Below are positions 27,996 through 36,246 of a stretch of 64,000 nucleotides of DNA, piece by piece. Under the pieces are notes generated by a model that ran no database searches, was not told the DNA's origin, and saw only the letters and a program-made list of their open reading frames with translations. Each line of letters opens with the position of its first letter. The first letter of the stretch is position 1. Made by a program: the position numbers and the translations under genes. Source of the stretch: a virus. The stretch spans positions 88,412 through 152,411 of IMG/VR virus record IMGVR_UViG_3300046787_000438; one strand, written 5' to 3'.

Positions 27996-28069
27996 TGTAT
28001 TTATTTTTTGTCTGTCAGATCAAAGCGCCGTTCGCAAAGGTGGAAAATGTCAGAGGATTTTAGTAAAGT
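27996..28069 (+). promoter_or_regulatory. 17-mer copy 7 + promoter
   Basis: motif 27996-28012; TGGAAA 28041, TAAAGT 28064. Confidence 0.75.
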
Positions 28070-28107
28070 TGTAGTAGTTGGAAGTTCCAACAGATAAGGG
28101 GGCAGAG

Positions 28108-28470
28108 ATGCCAAAGACAGCAGTCATTGTGACTACCAAGGCGGAGGTCAGCATTATTGACATTGCCGAAGGTTCACTAAAGAAATTACAAAGCGCCGTA
28201 GATGGCTTGATTCAGCCAATCGACCTAGACGCAAATGTGACTATGTGGGTGAACGAAGAGGGCTTGCTACGCAGTGACCTTGAGATGAACGACATTGCCA
28301 CAAGCCTTTACGCTCAAATGTATGACATCACTAACCCACTAATGGGAGATGTTGTCTTCACTGGTGGCACAGATGGAGAGGGCGAAACGCTCGGACTAGG
28401 CGACGACTATGTGAACGCAATCTACGCCCTAGTCGATAACTACAAACAGGTTATGTCGCAGTTCGCATAA
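28108..28470 (+). CDS. DUF3846-like protein
   Basis: LKKLQSAVDGLIQ, MWVNEEG, N.IAT.L, L.GDVVFTG. Confidence 0.8.
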   Translation: MPKTAVIVTTKAEVSIIDIAEGSLKKLQSAVDGLIQPIDLDANVTMWVNEEGLLRSDLEMNDIATSLYAQMYDITNPLMGDVVFTGGTDGEGETLGLGDDYVNAIYALVDNYKQVMSQFA

Positions 28471-28483
28471 CTAACAAAGACAC

Positions 28484-28516
28484 AGCCCCTCGCAGAAATG
28501 CGGGGGGTTTCTTTTT
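28484..28516 (+). terminator. intrinsic terminator
   Basis: CCCCTCGCA-GAAA-TGCGGGGGG + T tract. Confidence 0.75.
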
Positions 28517-28548
28517 ACCCTAAACAAAAACTTTACGCGCTCGCGGGG

Positions 28549-28623
28549 TGTATTTATTTTTTGTCAAGCTGCCGTATTATGCGCCGTGAAAAGTTTGCGC
28601 TTGTCAGAGGTTGGTGGTAGGTT
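28549..28623 (+). promoter_or_regulatory. 17-mer copy 8 + promoter
   Basis: motif 28549-28565; TTGCGC 28595, TAGGTT 28618. Confidence 0.8.
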
Positions 28624-28646
28624 TGGAACAAGGAAAGGGGACAGAG

Positions 28647-28883
28647 ATGTCAATGCTAAAGACTAAGAACTACAACGCAGAGTTTGCGTTCGAGCAAGTC
28701 ATTCGCCTAGTAGGTGGCGCAAGCGAGTATGGCGACAGCACCAAGGCTAGTATCTGGGCAGAGTGCCACAACAACGAAACTATCGAGATGTTGGCGGGTA
28801 TGTATCTGGTTGGTTCATCAGAGCGTGCGGAACGCAACCTTGCTCGTCTAAACGATAAGTTGCGACAGGTATTCGGTATCTAA
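28647..28883 (+). CDS. hypothetical protein
   Basis: SD GGAAAGGGG. Confidence 0.7.
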   Translation: MSMLKTKNYNAEFAFEQVIRLVGGASEYGDSTKASIWAECHNNETIEMLAGMYLVGSSERAERNLARLNDKLRQVFGI

Positions 28884-29230
28884 TGGCTATGACTTATCAA
28901 GAGCGTAAAGCCAAGGGCTTGCGACAGCGTGCGGAGTATCGTAATCGTCTACACCACGCAGAACACCTTGCCGTAATGTTTCGTGGGTTCGGTATTGGAT
29001 TTAGTTTTATTACAGTAATGACAGCCGTTGCTGGAGTTCACGGAACTTTAGCGATTGCGTTGTTCATTATGTTTATGTTGATTGCTGGTTCAGGTTTTAT
29101 TGGCGCAGAACACATTATGTTTTGGGCAGAGCAAAGCCGTTATCCAAAGAGTCGCCGTAGAACTTTACGAAGCGAGTTCGCAGATGAGTGGCGTAGATTT
29201 AGACAGTACCGAAAAGTAGAAAAGGGTTAG
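28883..29230 (+). CDS. two-TM membrane protein
   Basis: hydrophobic core; TAATG coupling. Confidence 0.7.
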   Translation: MAMTYQERKAKGLRQRAEYRNRLHHAEHLAVMFRGFGIGFSFITVMTAVAGVHGTLAIALFIMFMLIAGSGFIGAEHIMFWAEQSRYPKSRRRTLRSEFADEWRRFRQYRKVEKG

Positions 29231-29232
29231 AA

Positions 29233-29700
29233 GTGAAAATGGTAACGATAGGTGACTCGGTTGCCTCGCTAGAAGTTAGAAATAACGCAGACAATACTGG
29301 ACTAGAACTAGAAGTTTGGGTCACTAAGCGTGTTGGCTCGTTCTATGCTCTATTGGGCTACGGAGTATTCGGAGTGCCATTAGGCATGAGTGAAGTAGAT
29401 TTCTACACAGATACCCTATACCCGATTATGAAGAGCGCACCCCTCACCACAAGTCAGCCAAGCCGAATGGCGTTGGATTTTGATGGCTCTATGAAAAGAG
29501 CAGAGGCACACATAATCAGCCATAGAAACAACCACCCATTCTCAAATAAAACTCGGTCTGTATCCCCTGAAGAGGGCTTAGCAAAAATGCTAGGCGCAGG
29601 GGCAAAATACTTGACTATTTTGGCGGAGATAAATGGAGTTACGCCACGCACTATGGAAACTATGCGTAAGAGGTCAAAAGAGTATTACGCAAAACAATAA
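29233..29700 (+). CDS. hypothetical protein with C-terminal HTH-like segment
   Basis: ILAEINGVTPRTM. Confidence 0.65.
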   Translation: MKMVTIGDSVASLEVRNNADNTGLELEVWVTKRVGSFYALLGYGVFGVPLGMSEVDFYTDTLYPIMKSAPLTTSQPSRMALDFDGSMKRAEAHIISHRNNHPFSNKTRSVSPEEGLAKMLGAGAKYLTILAEINGVTPRTMETMRKRSKEYYAKQ

Positions 29701-29795
29701 GAGTTAGCCCCCCACTAACAAAAGCCCCCATTATGTTCATTCATAGTGGGGGTTTTGTTTTGCTCGAAGCGTTTTGTGTTTTTTTACACTCGCCG

Positions 29796-29879
29796 TGTAT
29801 TTATTTTTTGTCTATATGTGGGGCAACTTTTTACGGAGCGCCGTAAGATGTTTGATTTATTTGGTTTATAGGATACGAT
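29796..29879 (+). promoter_or_regulatory. 17-mer copy 9 + promoter
   Basis: motif 29796-29812; TTGATT 29852, TACGAT 29874. Confidence 0.8.
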
Positions 29880-29902
29880 TGAACTACATAGAAGGGGAGC
29901 AA

Positions 29903-30589
29903 ATGCTAGTAAACAACAAAATGATGTCTTATAGGACTACACCGACTGAAAAATTGCTGGGCACAGTAAACAAGTATGCCGTGATTGGCTACCTAGAGGG
30001 AATAAAGACTTTAGTTTCAGATAGCGAAACACTAATCAAGGCGCAGGAGCAGAAGTTCACTGACGCAATAGTAAAAGCGGAGGCGCAAGTTTCTGAGTGG
30101 GAAGCCGAGTATATTCAACTACATACAAAGGCATTGCGAGCAGAACTTAAGCGTAAACTCGAAGCACCGACCAGCGCTACTCATTGGCTGAGTGCCGAGG
30201 AGATTCGTCTGCCTATCAGAGATGAAGTAATCTCTAACGAGATTGCTGAACTTTTAAAGCGCCGCCCTGATTATCGAACTTATCAGATTGCTAGGGGAGA
30301 TGTCGGAGCGCCTCATGACATTCAGTATTCTAGAGCGTGGAGCAAAGGCAATAAGACTTTGGTAGGTATAAATAGACTCACCACGCGCCGTGTGGAGCAG
30401 TGGCAAGCCTCACTAGATAGTCTGATTTCTGACCTAAAGGATAGAAACAAGCAAGAAGTTTACATAGCGCAGGTTATGGAACTCAAGCGCACCACAGCAA
30501 CTATTCTTGCGAACTGGGGTATAGATACCACCAAGACTGAGCGCAAGGACAGGGATAAACCAAAGCCACGAAGCAAAACTAAAAAGTAA
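29903..30589 (+). CDS. hypothetical coiled-coil protein
   Basis: SD GAAGGGGAG before ATG 29903. Confidence 0.7.
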   Translation: MLVNNKMMSYRTTPTEKLLGTVNKYAVIGYLEGIKTLVSDSETLIKAQEQKFTDAIVKAEAQVSEWEAEYIQLHTKALRAELKRKLEAPTSATHWLSAEEIRLPIRDEVISNEIAELLKRRPDYRTYQIARGDVGAPHDIQYSRAWSKGNKTLVGINRLTTRRVEQWQASLDSLISDLKDRNKQEVYIAQVMELKRTTATILANWGIDTTKTERKDRDKPKPRSKTKK

Positions 30590-30602
30590 CAACCAAAGAC
30601 CC

Positions 30603-30636
30603 AAGCCCCGCTAGATTTCTGGCGGGGTTTCTTTTT
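30603..30636 (+). terminator. intrinsic terminator
   Basis: CCCCGCTAGA/TCTGGCGGGG + T tract. Confidence 0.75.
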
Positions 30637-30649
30637 ATCGTGCTATTCG

Positions 30650-30724
30650 TGTATTTATTTTTTGTCTGAAGCCCGCCGCAACTTTTGATGAGAGTTGCGA
30701 AGTGTCACAGACCTAGGGTAAGAT
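30650..30724 (+). promoter_or_regulatory. 17-mer copy 10 + promoter
   Basis: motif 30650-30666; TTGCGA 30695, TAAGAT 30719. Confidence 0.75.
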
Positions 30725-30752
30725 TTAAGTATCAAAGAAAGGGGAAGCGATT

Positions 30753-30968
30753 ATGGCAAAGCCAAGCGTTTCAGCAGTAAAAGAATGGGACACAGTTTAC
30801 GAGAGTGACCTAGTCGAACTCGCAGTAGGGACAGCAGTATTTGCCGAGGACTACTGGCGTATGACGAATGTTGTTACTGGCAAGAAGAAGTATTTCTATG
30901 GCGAACTTGCGTGGGCAGATTCACGCCGAGAAGCAAGCGACCTAGACTTTGAGGCGTGGAACGTATGA
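30753..30968 (+). CDS. hypothetical protein
   Basis: SD AGAAAGGGG; KKKYFYGE.AW.D..R. Confidence 0.7.
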   Translation: MAKPSVSAVKEWDTVYESDLVELAVGTAVFAEDYWRMTNVVTGKKKYFYGELAWADSRREASDLDFEAWNV

Positions 30969-31138
30969 ACGAGTTGAAGCGTTGCCCAAAGTGCGCTGGA
31001 CACATTCCGAACAACAAGACCCCTGGGGCATACCCTGGTGCGATTTCACGCCGAGACAACACGACAGAGATTTGTTCAGCGTGCGGAACAATGGAAGCGC
31101 TGGAAGATTTCTTTGAGCGTGAAAAGGTTGGTGCGTAA
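30965..31138 (+). CDS. small zinc-finger protein
   Basis: CPKC...YPGAISRRDN.TEICSACG..EA. Confidence 0.75.
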   Translation: MNELKRCPKCAGHIPNNKTPGAYPGAISRRDNTTEICSACGTMEALEDFFEREKVGA

Positions 31139-31281
31139 TGGCAACAACCTTAGAGCAGACAACTTGCTACAAGTGCGAAGCCGAGATTGAGGCAGAGGTT
31201 GGGCAGGTTCACCCTTTGTGTTCAGAGTGCCAAGACGATTTCGATAGTTGGTTCAATAGCCAGTTAGGAATGTTCAAGTGA
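31138..31281 (+). CDS. small zinc-finger protein (not in ORF track)
   Basis: TAATG coupling; CYKC...HPLCSEC. Confidence 0.65.
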   Translation: MATTLEQTTCYKCEAEIEAEVGQVHPLCSECQDDFDSWFNSQLGMFK

Positions 31282-31481
31282 GCAAGCAAGTATTTTTTGT
31301 TATTGGCGTTGATTTAGATGACAAAGAGGTTTTTATCGCAGATGACACTTATTCAGCGCGGTTCAGCGAAGACGAGCAAGTCTGGGACACCGACATAAAC
31401 GAATGGGTTGAAGATGAAGATAGGAAACACTATCTTGACGCATTAGACCTTTTGAACAATAAAAAGTTAGCAAGAGATTAG
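31278..31481 (+). CDS. acidic hypothetical protein
   Basis: GTGA coupling. Confidence 0.65.
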   Translation: MSKQVFFVIGVDLDDKEVFIADDTYSARFSEDEQVWDTDINEWVEDEDRKHYLDALDLLNNKKLARD

Positions 31482-31569
31482 ATTTCTGCCCCCCCCCCCT
31501 AAAAGAAAAAGCGCTCGCCGAAAGGGGGGCGTTTTTTTTTGCGTGCGGGAGATTTATTCGAGTCCCGTG

Positions 31570-31643
31570 TGTATTTATTTTTTGTCGAAGTTTAGGGGAG
31601 CGCCGTTGAGGAGTTTGCGTTTATCGTTGGTTGCTTGTATAGT
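31570..31643 (+). promoter_or_regulatory. 17-mer copy 11 + promoter
   Basis: motif 31570-31586; TTGCGT 31615, TATAGT 31638. Confidence 0.8.
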
Positions 31644-31687
31644 TATAGATGTCAGGAAAACTTGACACTAAGTAGGGAGATAGAAAA

Positions 31688-31912
31688 ATGAAGTTTTACA
31701 TTCGCAGAGCAGTAGTCGGAGTTATCGCAGTTCCAGTTGTCGCAGGTCTTTACACTTTTGCTTACCTATGGTTGGTAATCGCAGGGGGAGAGCCTAACGT
31801 TTCAAGTGAAGAAGTATTCAACAATGGGTTGTGGCTAGGCGCGTTGATTGCCGTAATGCTTACATTCTCACCGCAGGTTTCTAAGTTGCTAAACAGAATT
31901 GTGGGTGCGTAA
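31688..31912 (+). CDS. two-TM membrane protein
   Basis: hydrophobic helices; SD GGGAG. Confidence 0.7.
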   Translation: MKFYIRRAVVGVIAVPVVAGLYTFAYLWLVIAGGEPNVSSEEVFNNGLWLGALIAVMLTFSPQVSKLLNRIVGA

Positions 31913-32058
31913 TGAGCAACGCCGATTGGGCATTATTGTTTGGAGTAGTGAGCCTATCAGTTGGTTCATTCCTATTAGGTTTCGTGATTAGCGGATTGCC
32001 AAAGCGTGAGGGTCGTAATGGTCGCCACGCAAATGGCAGGGGTCGCCACACGAGTTAG
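31912..32058 (+). CDS. small membrane protein with GRH repeats (not in ORF track)
   Basis: TAATG coupling; TM helix then GRNGRHANGRGRH. Confidence 0.6.
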   Translation: MSNADWALLFGVVSLSVGSFLLGFVISGLPKREGRNGRHANGRGRHTS

Positions 32059-32157
32059 AGTTGTCCCCCTACAACAAAATAAGAAACCTCACGAGTGTTC
32101 ATTCCTCGTGGGTTTTCTTTTTGTTTGGGTTGGCGTTCGTTGTTTTTTTCTGCCGAG

Positions 32158-32242
32158 TGTATTTATTTTTTGTCGCGCTCGCTGCGGGCAACAACTCGCC
32201 GTTCGTGAAAAGTTTGGGAATGTCGTAGGTAGTTAGTAAAAT
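32158..32242 (+). promoter_or_regulatory. 17-mer copy 12 + promoter
   Basis: motif 32158-32174; TTGGGA 32214, TAAAAT 32237. Confidence 0.8.
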
Positions 32243-32283
32243 AGAACTATCCCAAAAGGGACAAAAGGAAAAGGGGAAACAGA

Positions 32284-32616
32284 ATGTCAAGAGTTGCTAA
32301 CTATCAGATAAATGGTTTGATTCAAAAGTTTCAAGAGTTTGTGAACTACAACGGAACTATTACTGCCGAGATAGATGACAAGGGGATTTACCGTATTACG
32401 CATTGGCGAACTACTATCCTCGAATACGATGTCTACAACCACCAGATTGTTTCGCTAACATACGGATACATTAGCCAGACAACCAGCACACTAGTCGGTC
32501 GTATCTTGCGCTCGCTACCGCAACCAGCCGTTGAGAACTATCTAGGCTATTTCTCACCGTCAGCCGAGAAGCGTCGCTTAGTGAAGATGTTGAACACTAG
32601 GGCTTACGCCTACTAA
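32284..32616 (+). CDS. hypothetical phage protein
   Basis: SD AAAGGGG; Y.SQTTS motif. Confidence 0.7.
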   Translation: MSRVANYQINGLIQKFQEFVNYNGTITAEIDDKGIYRITHWRTTILEYDVYNHQIVSLTYGYISQTTSTLVGRILRSLPQPAVENYLGYFSPSAEKRRLVKMLNTRAYAY

Positions 32617-32692
32617 CCACCAATACAAAGAAGCACCCGTCAGAAGTGGCGGGTGTTTTTTTATTTGTGCGGGAGATTTGTTTGCCGCAGCG

Positions 32693-32776
32693 TGTATTTA
32701 TTTTTTGTCTGAGGTGCGACACGGTTCGTGAAAAGTTTGGAATACGATTTGACTTTTGGTTCGATAGCGATAAACT
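32693..32776 (+). promoter_or_regulatory. 17-mer copy 13 + promoter
   Basis: motif 32693-32709; TTGACT 32749, TAAACT 32771. Confidence 0.8.
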
Positions 32777-32825
32777 TGAGTTATCAAGTAAACCGCTTGA
32801 TAGAGAAAGATAAAGGGGATACAAA

Positions 32826-33077
32826 ATGTCAGCAGTTCTAACCACCCAGAACATCGTTACCGTAGTTGCTAAGGTCGTAGACATCAACACAGGCGAAACC
32901 ATTGAGCCAGTTTACGAAGCATACGGATACGAGAAGTTTCAGGAGTTCGTGGACTTTTACCGCAAGCAGAACTACATCAACAAGATTGTTTGGGTTCGTG
33001 GCTTTGGATACAACGACGAGAACGGCGCAAGCCAAGTTCTAGCAACCGAGTTCGTTGGCGTTGGAAGTTTCGAGTAA
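32826..33077 (+). CDS. hypothetical protein
   Basis: SD AAAGGGG. Confidence 0.7.
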   Translation: MSAVLTTQNIVTVVAKVVDINTGETIEPVYEAYGYEKFQEFVDFYRKQNYINKIVWVRGFGYNDENGASQVLATEFVGVGSFE

Positions 33078-33190
33078 TGGAGACCCTAGAGAGCCTACTA
33101 GAGGGGGTAGCGTTTGAGATTGAGAACGAAACAGGAATACCGATAGAGGTTATCTTTGAGGGAAACCTAATCACCATCAAGCAAGGCTAA
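33077..33190 (+). CDS. small acidic protein
   Basis: TAATG coupling; METLESLLEGVAFEIE... Confidence 0.5.
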   Translation: METLESLLEGVAFEIENETGIPIEVIFEGNLITIKQG

Positions 33191-33200
33191 CCACAGAGAG

Positions 33201-33237
33201 AAGCCCCCAAGCCGAAAGGCTAGGGGGTCTTTCTTTT
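33201..33237 (+). terminator. intrinsic terminator
   Basis: GCCCCCAAGCC-GAAA-GGCTAGGGGGT + T tract. Confidence 0.75.
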
Positions 33238-33273
33238 GCCGTAGTTGGCTTTGGCGTTTTTTGTTCCCGTGCC

Positions 33274-33348
33274 TGTATTTATTTTTTGTCGAAACCGACA
33301 CGCCCAGCCGTAAAAAGATTTGACTTATTTTGGAATAGCGTTTAGGCT
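33274..33348 (+). promoter_or_regulatory. 17-mer copy 14 + promoter
   Basis: motif 33274-33290; TTGACT 33320, TAGGCT 33343. Confidence 0.8.
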
Positions 33349-33398
33349 GATTACATCAGCAAAAGTTGATACACACAAAAAGAAAAAGGGGCTACAAA

Positions 33399-33743
33399 AT
33401 GACCACCACCACCACCCAGAACGCAACCACCACCAAGGCAACCAAGGTTGTTCTTGAGCAGGTAAAGCAGTTGGTCGAAGTTCGTGCCGAGATTGCTCGC
33501 CTAGAGAAGATGAAGGTCGCATTGACCTCCCAGATTGAGGGCGTGTTTGGTGTAGACAAGGAAGCCAAGACTGCCGAGTTCACTACCTTGACCCACAACG
33601 GCATTGAGTTTGCTCGCATTGACCTACGCACTCGCAAGGGTGTAGATACCGAGAAACTTGCCGTAGAGTTCCCAGAAGCCTACGAGGCTTGCTTTGACCC
33701 AGAGATGACCAAGTATTTCCAGATTGTGAGCCTCTACAAGTAA
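33399..33743 (+). CDS. hypothetical protein, paralog of 25143-25481
   Basis: SD AAAGGGG; TLTHNGIEFA...FPEAYEAC. Confidence 0.75.
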   Translation: MTTTTTQNATTTKATKVVLEQVKQLVEVRAEIARLEKMKVALTSQIEGVFGVDKEAKTAEFTTLTHNGIEFARIDLRTRKGVDTEKLAVEFPEAYEACFDPEMTKYFQIVSLYK

Positions 33744-33756
33744 GCCACTAGCCAAG

Positions 33757-33789
33757 AAGCCCCTGCCGTTAGTTCGGTAGGGGTTTTTT
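33757..33789 (+). terminator. intrinsic terminator
   Basis: CCCCTGCCG/CGGTAGGGG + T6. Confidence 0.75.
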
Positions 33790-33826
33790 GCTTGCCGAGG
33801 CACTTGATTGGTGTCAAGGGGGGCTA

Positions 33827-33843
33827 GACAGAAAATAAATACA
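33827..33843 (-). promoter_or_regulatory. inverted 17-mer copy (1 mismatch)
   Basis: GACAGAAAATAAATACA = reverse complement TGTATTTATTTTCTGTC. Confidence 0.7.
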
Positions 33844-34117
33844 CAGGGCAGGGCTCTATTCACTCATAGGGCTTGCCCGTAGAGAGTTCCACCAGATAGA
33901 GCAGGGGCAGGACATACATAGACCACACAAGACCCATCAAGATAGTCGCCCACCATTCTTTAGCCCCTAGAAGCCTCATAGAAGCCACAGGCATAGCCTT
34001 AGCCACCAGATACCCACCAAGACCCCTAGAAGTCCACAGAGGCACTCATAGCCCAGAGCAGGGAGATAGCCACACAGAGGGGGGGGGTGTCTATTAGTTC
34101 ACAGTCATAGACATACA

Positions 34118-34187
34118 ACACATCACACATCACAGCCCAGAGCAAGAGAGCAACACACATCACACATCACACATCACACATCACACA
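34118..34187 (+). repeat. CACACAT tandem repeats within a repeat-rich non-coding block
   Basis: (CACACAT)x4 plus 6 nt at 34154-34187; ~2 units at 34118-34134. Confidence 0.9.
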
Positions 34188-34482
34188 AGCACTCAGGTAG
34201 AAGCACAGAGAAACTTTTTTATTGCTAGTGAAATGTTTGAAGCACATCAGTAATGAACGCAGACCCCTTCCGTTTTTGGAAACAAATCAACACGCACCGA
34301 AAATATACCGCTGCCTTCTCACCCGCCAAAAGCAGTAGACGTTAAGGTACTAAATCTTCCGTTACCGTACACTCCCCCTCTTTTAATAAACGCCCCTACC
34401 CCCCTTCTTTTTGGAGGACAAAAAATTTCCAAAAAATTTTTTAAAAAATTTACGTAAAGGTGCCTAGTGGTAGGATTAGCTC

Positions 34483-35433
34483 ATGCATGACACTAGAAAA
34501 GACGCGTTATCCATCGCAAAAAACGTCTTAACTGATCCCATCACATATAGAGATATGACTGAGTTCATCATAAATGGGGTAAACACTGAGTTCATGCATA
34601 AAGAGGATCCGCACAATGACTACATACCAAATAATAAAGGTTTGCGTGGCCCCGATATAGCCTTAGCCGATATTGTGACCATAGGATGCTCGCAAACCTT
34701 CGGAGTCGGGGTACAAGAAGAGCAGACCTGGCCAGCTGTCTTATCCAAGATGACAAATAAGTCTTATGTCAACCTGGGAACACCAGGGATATCTCCACAA
34801 GCTATGGTGAACTCGGCGATAGCGTACGTCCGTGATTTTGGTATGCCAAAATATGTATGCGCAAATTTTCCTAGCTTATTTAGATTCACTCTGCCAACAA
34901 AGTCAGATCTACTCATCTACCAAGATCCAGGGAATTACGCAACAGACACCCCCCGTACCGACGTCTATAACATGAATCTGCTACCAGACGGGGGGTTCTC
35001 TCGCGGATATGCGCAGGAGTGGCCGAGCTACTCTAAGAGACCTCACAAGATTCGAGAGGTACTCCCAAATGAGGTAGCGCTCTATCTATCTATGATGGCA
35101 ATCAATCATCTAATAGAATTCTGCAGCGCCGCTGGGATACAACTGCTATTCACAACTTGGTACCTAGAGACTCAAGAATTCTTAGATGAGAAGGCGAGGC
35201 GGTCAGCGGACCCATACCTACACGACGACAAGCTAGACATGTCCTCTTACATGCCACTACCCGAACTTGAGAGATTCCCCGCTCATGCGCGGGAGCTTCT
35301 TTGCCATTCCGATCACCCTAAAACCATCTCTTGGCATGAAGGTACCGATATAAGCCAGCATATGGGCGTTCATCAGCACCTACACTATGCAGAACTATTC
35401 GCAGCTAGAATAAACGCCCCTACTAGCTACTAA
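34483..35433 (+). CDS. SGNH/GDSL-like hydrolase
   Basis: N.KGLRG, IGCSQTFGVGV, WP.VL, NLGTPG.S, D..HMG...H. Confidence 0.7.
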   Translation: MHDTRKDALSIAKNVLTDPITYRDMTEFIINGVNTEFMHKEDPHNDYIPNNKGLRGPDIALADIVTIGCSQTFGVGVQEEQTWPAVLSKMTNKSYVNLGTPGISPQAMVNSAIAYVRDFGMPKYVCANFPSLFRFTLPTKSDLLIYQDPGNYATDTPRTDVYNMNLLPDGGFSRGYAQEWPSYSKRPHKIREVLPNEVALYLSMMAINHLIEFCSAAGIQLLFTTWYLETQEFLDEKARRSADPYLHDDKLDMSSYMPLPELERFPAHARELLCHSDHPKTISWHEGTDISQHMGVHQHLHYAELFAARINAPTSY

Positions 35434-35443
35434 AATAACTACT

Positions 35444-35950
35444 ATGCCTAGAAGATCAGCGCGTGGCCAGAAGCTCCCTCCTCAGGAGGTTGAGCTACTC
35501 AATTCAATTACTATGGATGCCCTTATTGTTCGAGTAAATGACCTTTACCAAGCTGGATGGTCTCTACAAAGTATCGGCGAGGCACTCTCTCCCCAACGTC
35601 CAAGAACTACCATCCGCAGTTGGGTATTGAAGGCCCCTTCACAGACTCCAGCAAGCAAAGTAGTAGACGCCCCTATTCCATCCCCCGCTCTGAGAACAGA
35701 AGAGAGCGGTTATCAGAAGAAGCGTGTCTCTCCAGGCATCCCTCAGGACATTTACGAAGATATCCAGCGACTTGCCCCCCTTGCACGTACTTTCCGCTCT
35801 AGGATGTCATCGACTTCGGCACCATCAGTTGCTAACGGGCGTCTAACTGATCTATGTAAGAATCTCAATACTAAGGGCGTTTCCGTTAAAGAGCTCGCTG
35901 AGGCAGCAGGAGTAACCTACCGAGCTATGTACAAGAGAATTAAGCTTTAA
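35444..35950 (+). CDS. double-HTH DNA-binding protein
   Basis: GWSLQSIGEAL..RTTIRSW; GVSVKELAEAAGVTYRAM. Confidence 0.75.
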   Translation: MPRRSARGQKLPPQEVELLNSITMDALIVRVNDLYQAGWSLQSIGEALSPQRPRTTIRSWVLKAPSQTPASKVVDAPIPSPALRTEESGYQKKRVSPGIPQDIYEDIQRLAPLARTFRSRMSSTSAPSVANGRLTDLCKNLNTKGVSVKELAEAAGVTYRAMYKRIKL

Positions 35951-36246
35951 GCTTTACCTGTCTAGCTTTATGGTATCTAGTCTGCCCCATATATCCCAGT
36001 AATCCACTGGTTTTCTCGATTTGACAAGCGTAATTTGACCTACTAGGGTTTTTTCTATGCTATTCTGTTTAGACGGAGGGCACATTCTTTCACTAAAAGA
36101 AAGGGTGTGCTTTTTGGCATCTCTAGGACCCATGTGCTAGGGTGAACACCACAACTTAATATCAAATACTAAACCGAAAGATAACAACCCCCAAACAATA
36201 AACGACCGAGTACTAAAGTATTCACTTCTGAAAGGTAGGTCGCTAA

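Noticed and set aside
20236-33290. 17-mer array as a CRISPR array or integron attC cassette array
   Set aside because: Spacing is about 0.5-4 kb with whole genes in between, the repeat is short and non-palindromic, and no cas or integrase gene or attC-like structure is visible in the window.
36060-36246. c-di-AMP (ydaO) riboswitch before the NlpC/P60 gene
   Set aside because: The leader has hairpins but I could not find the conserved riboswitch motifs.
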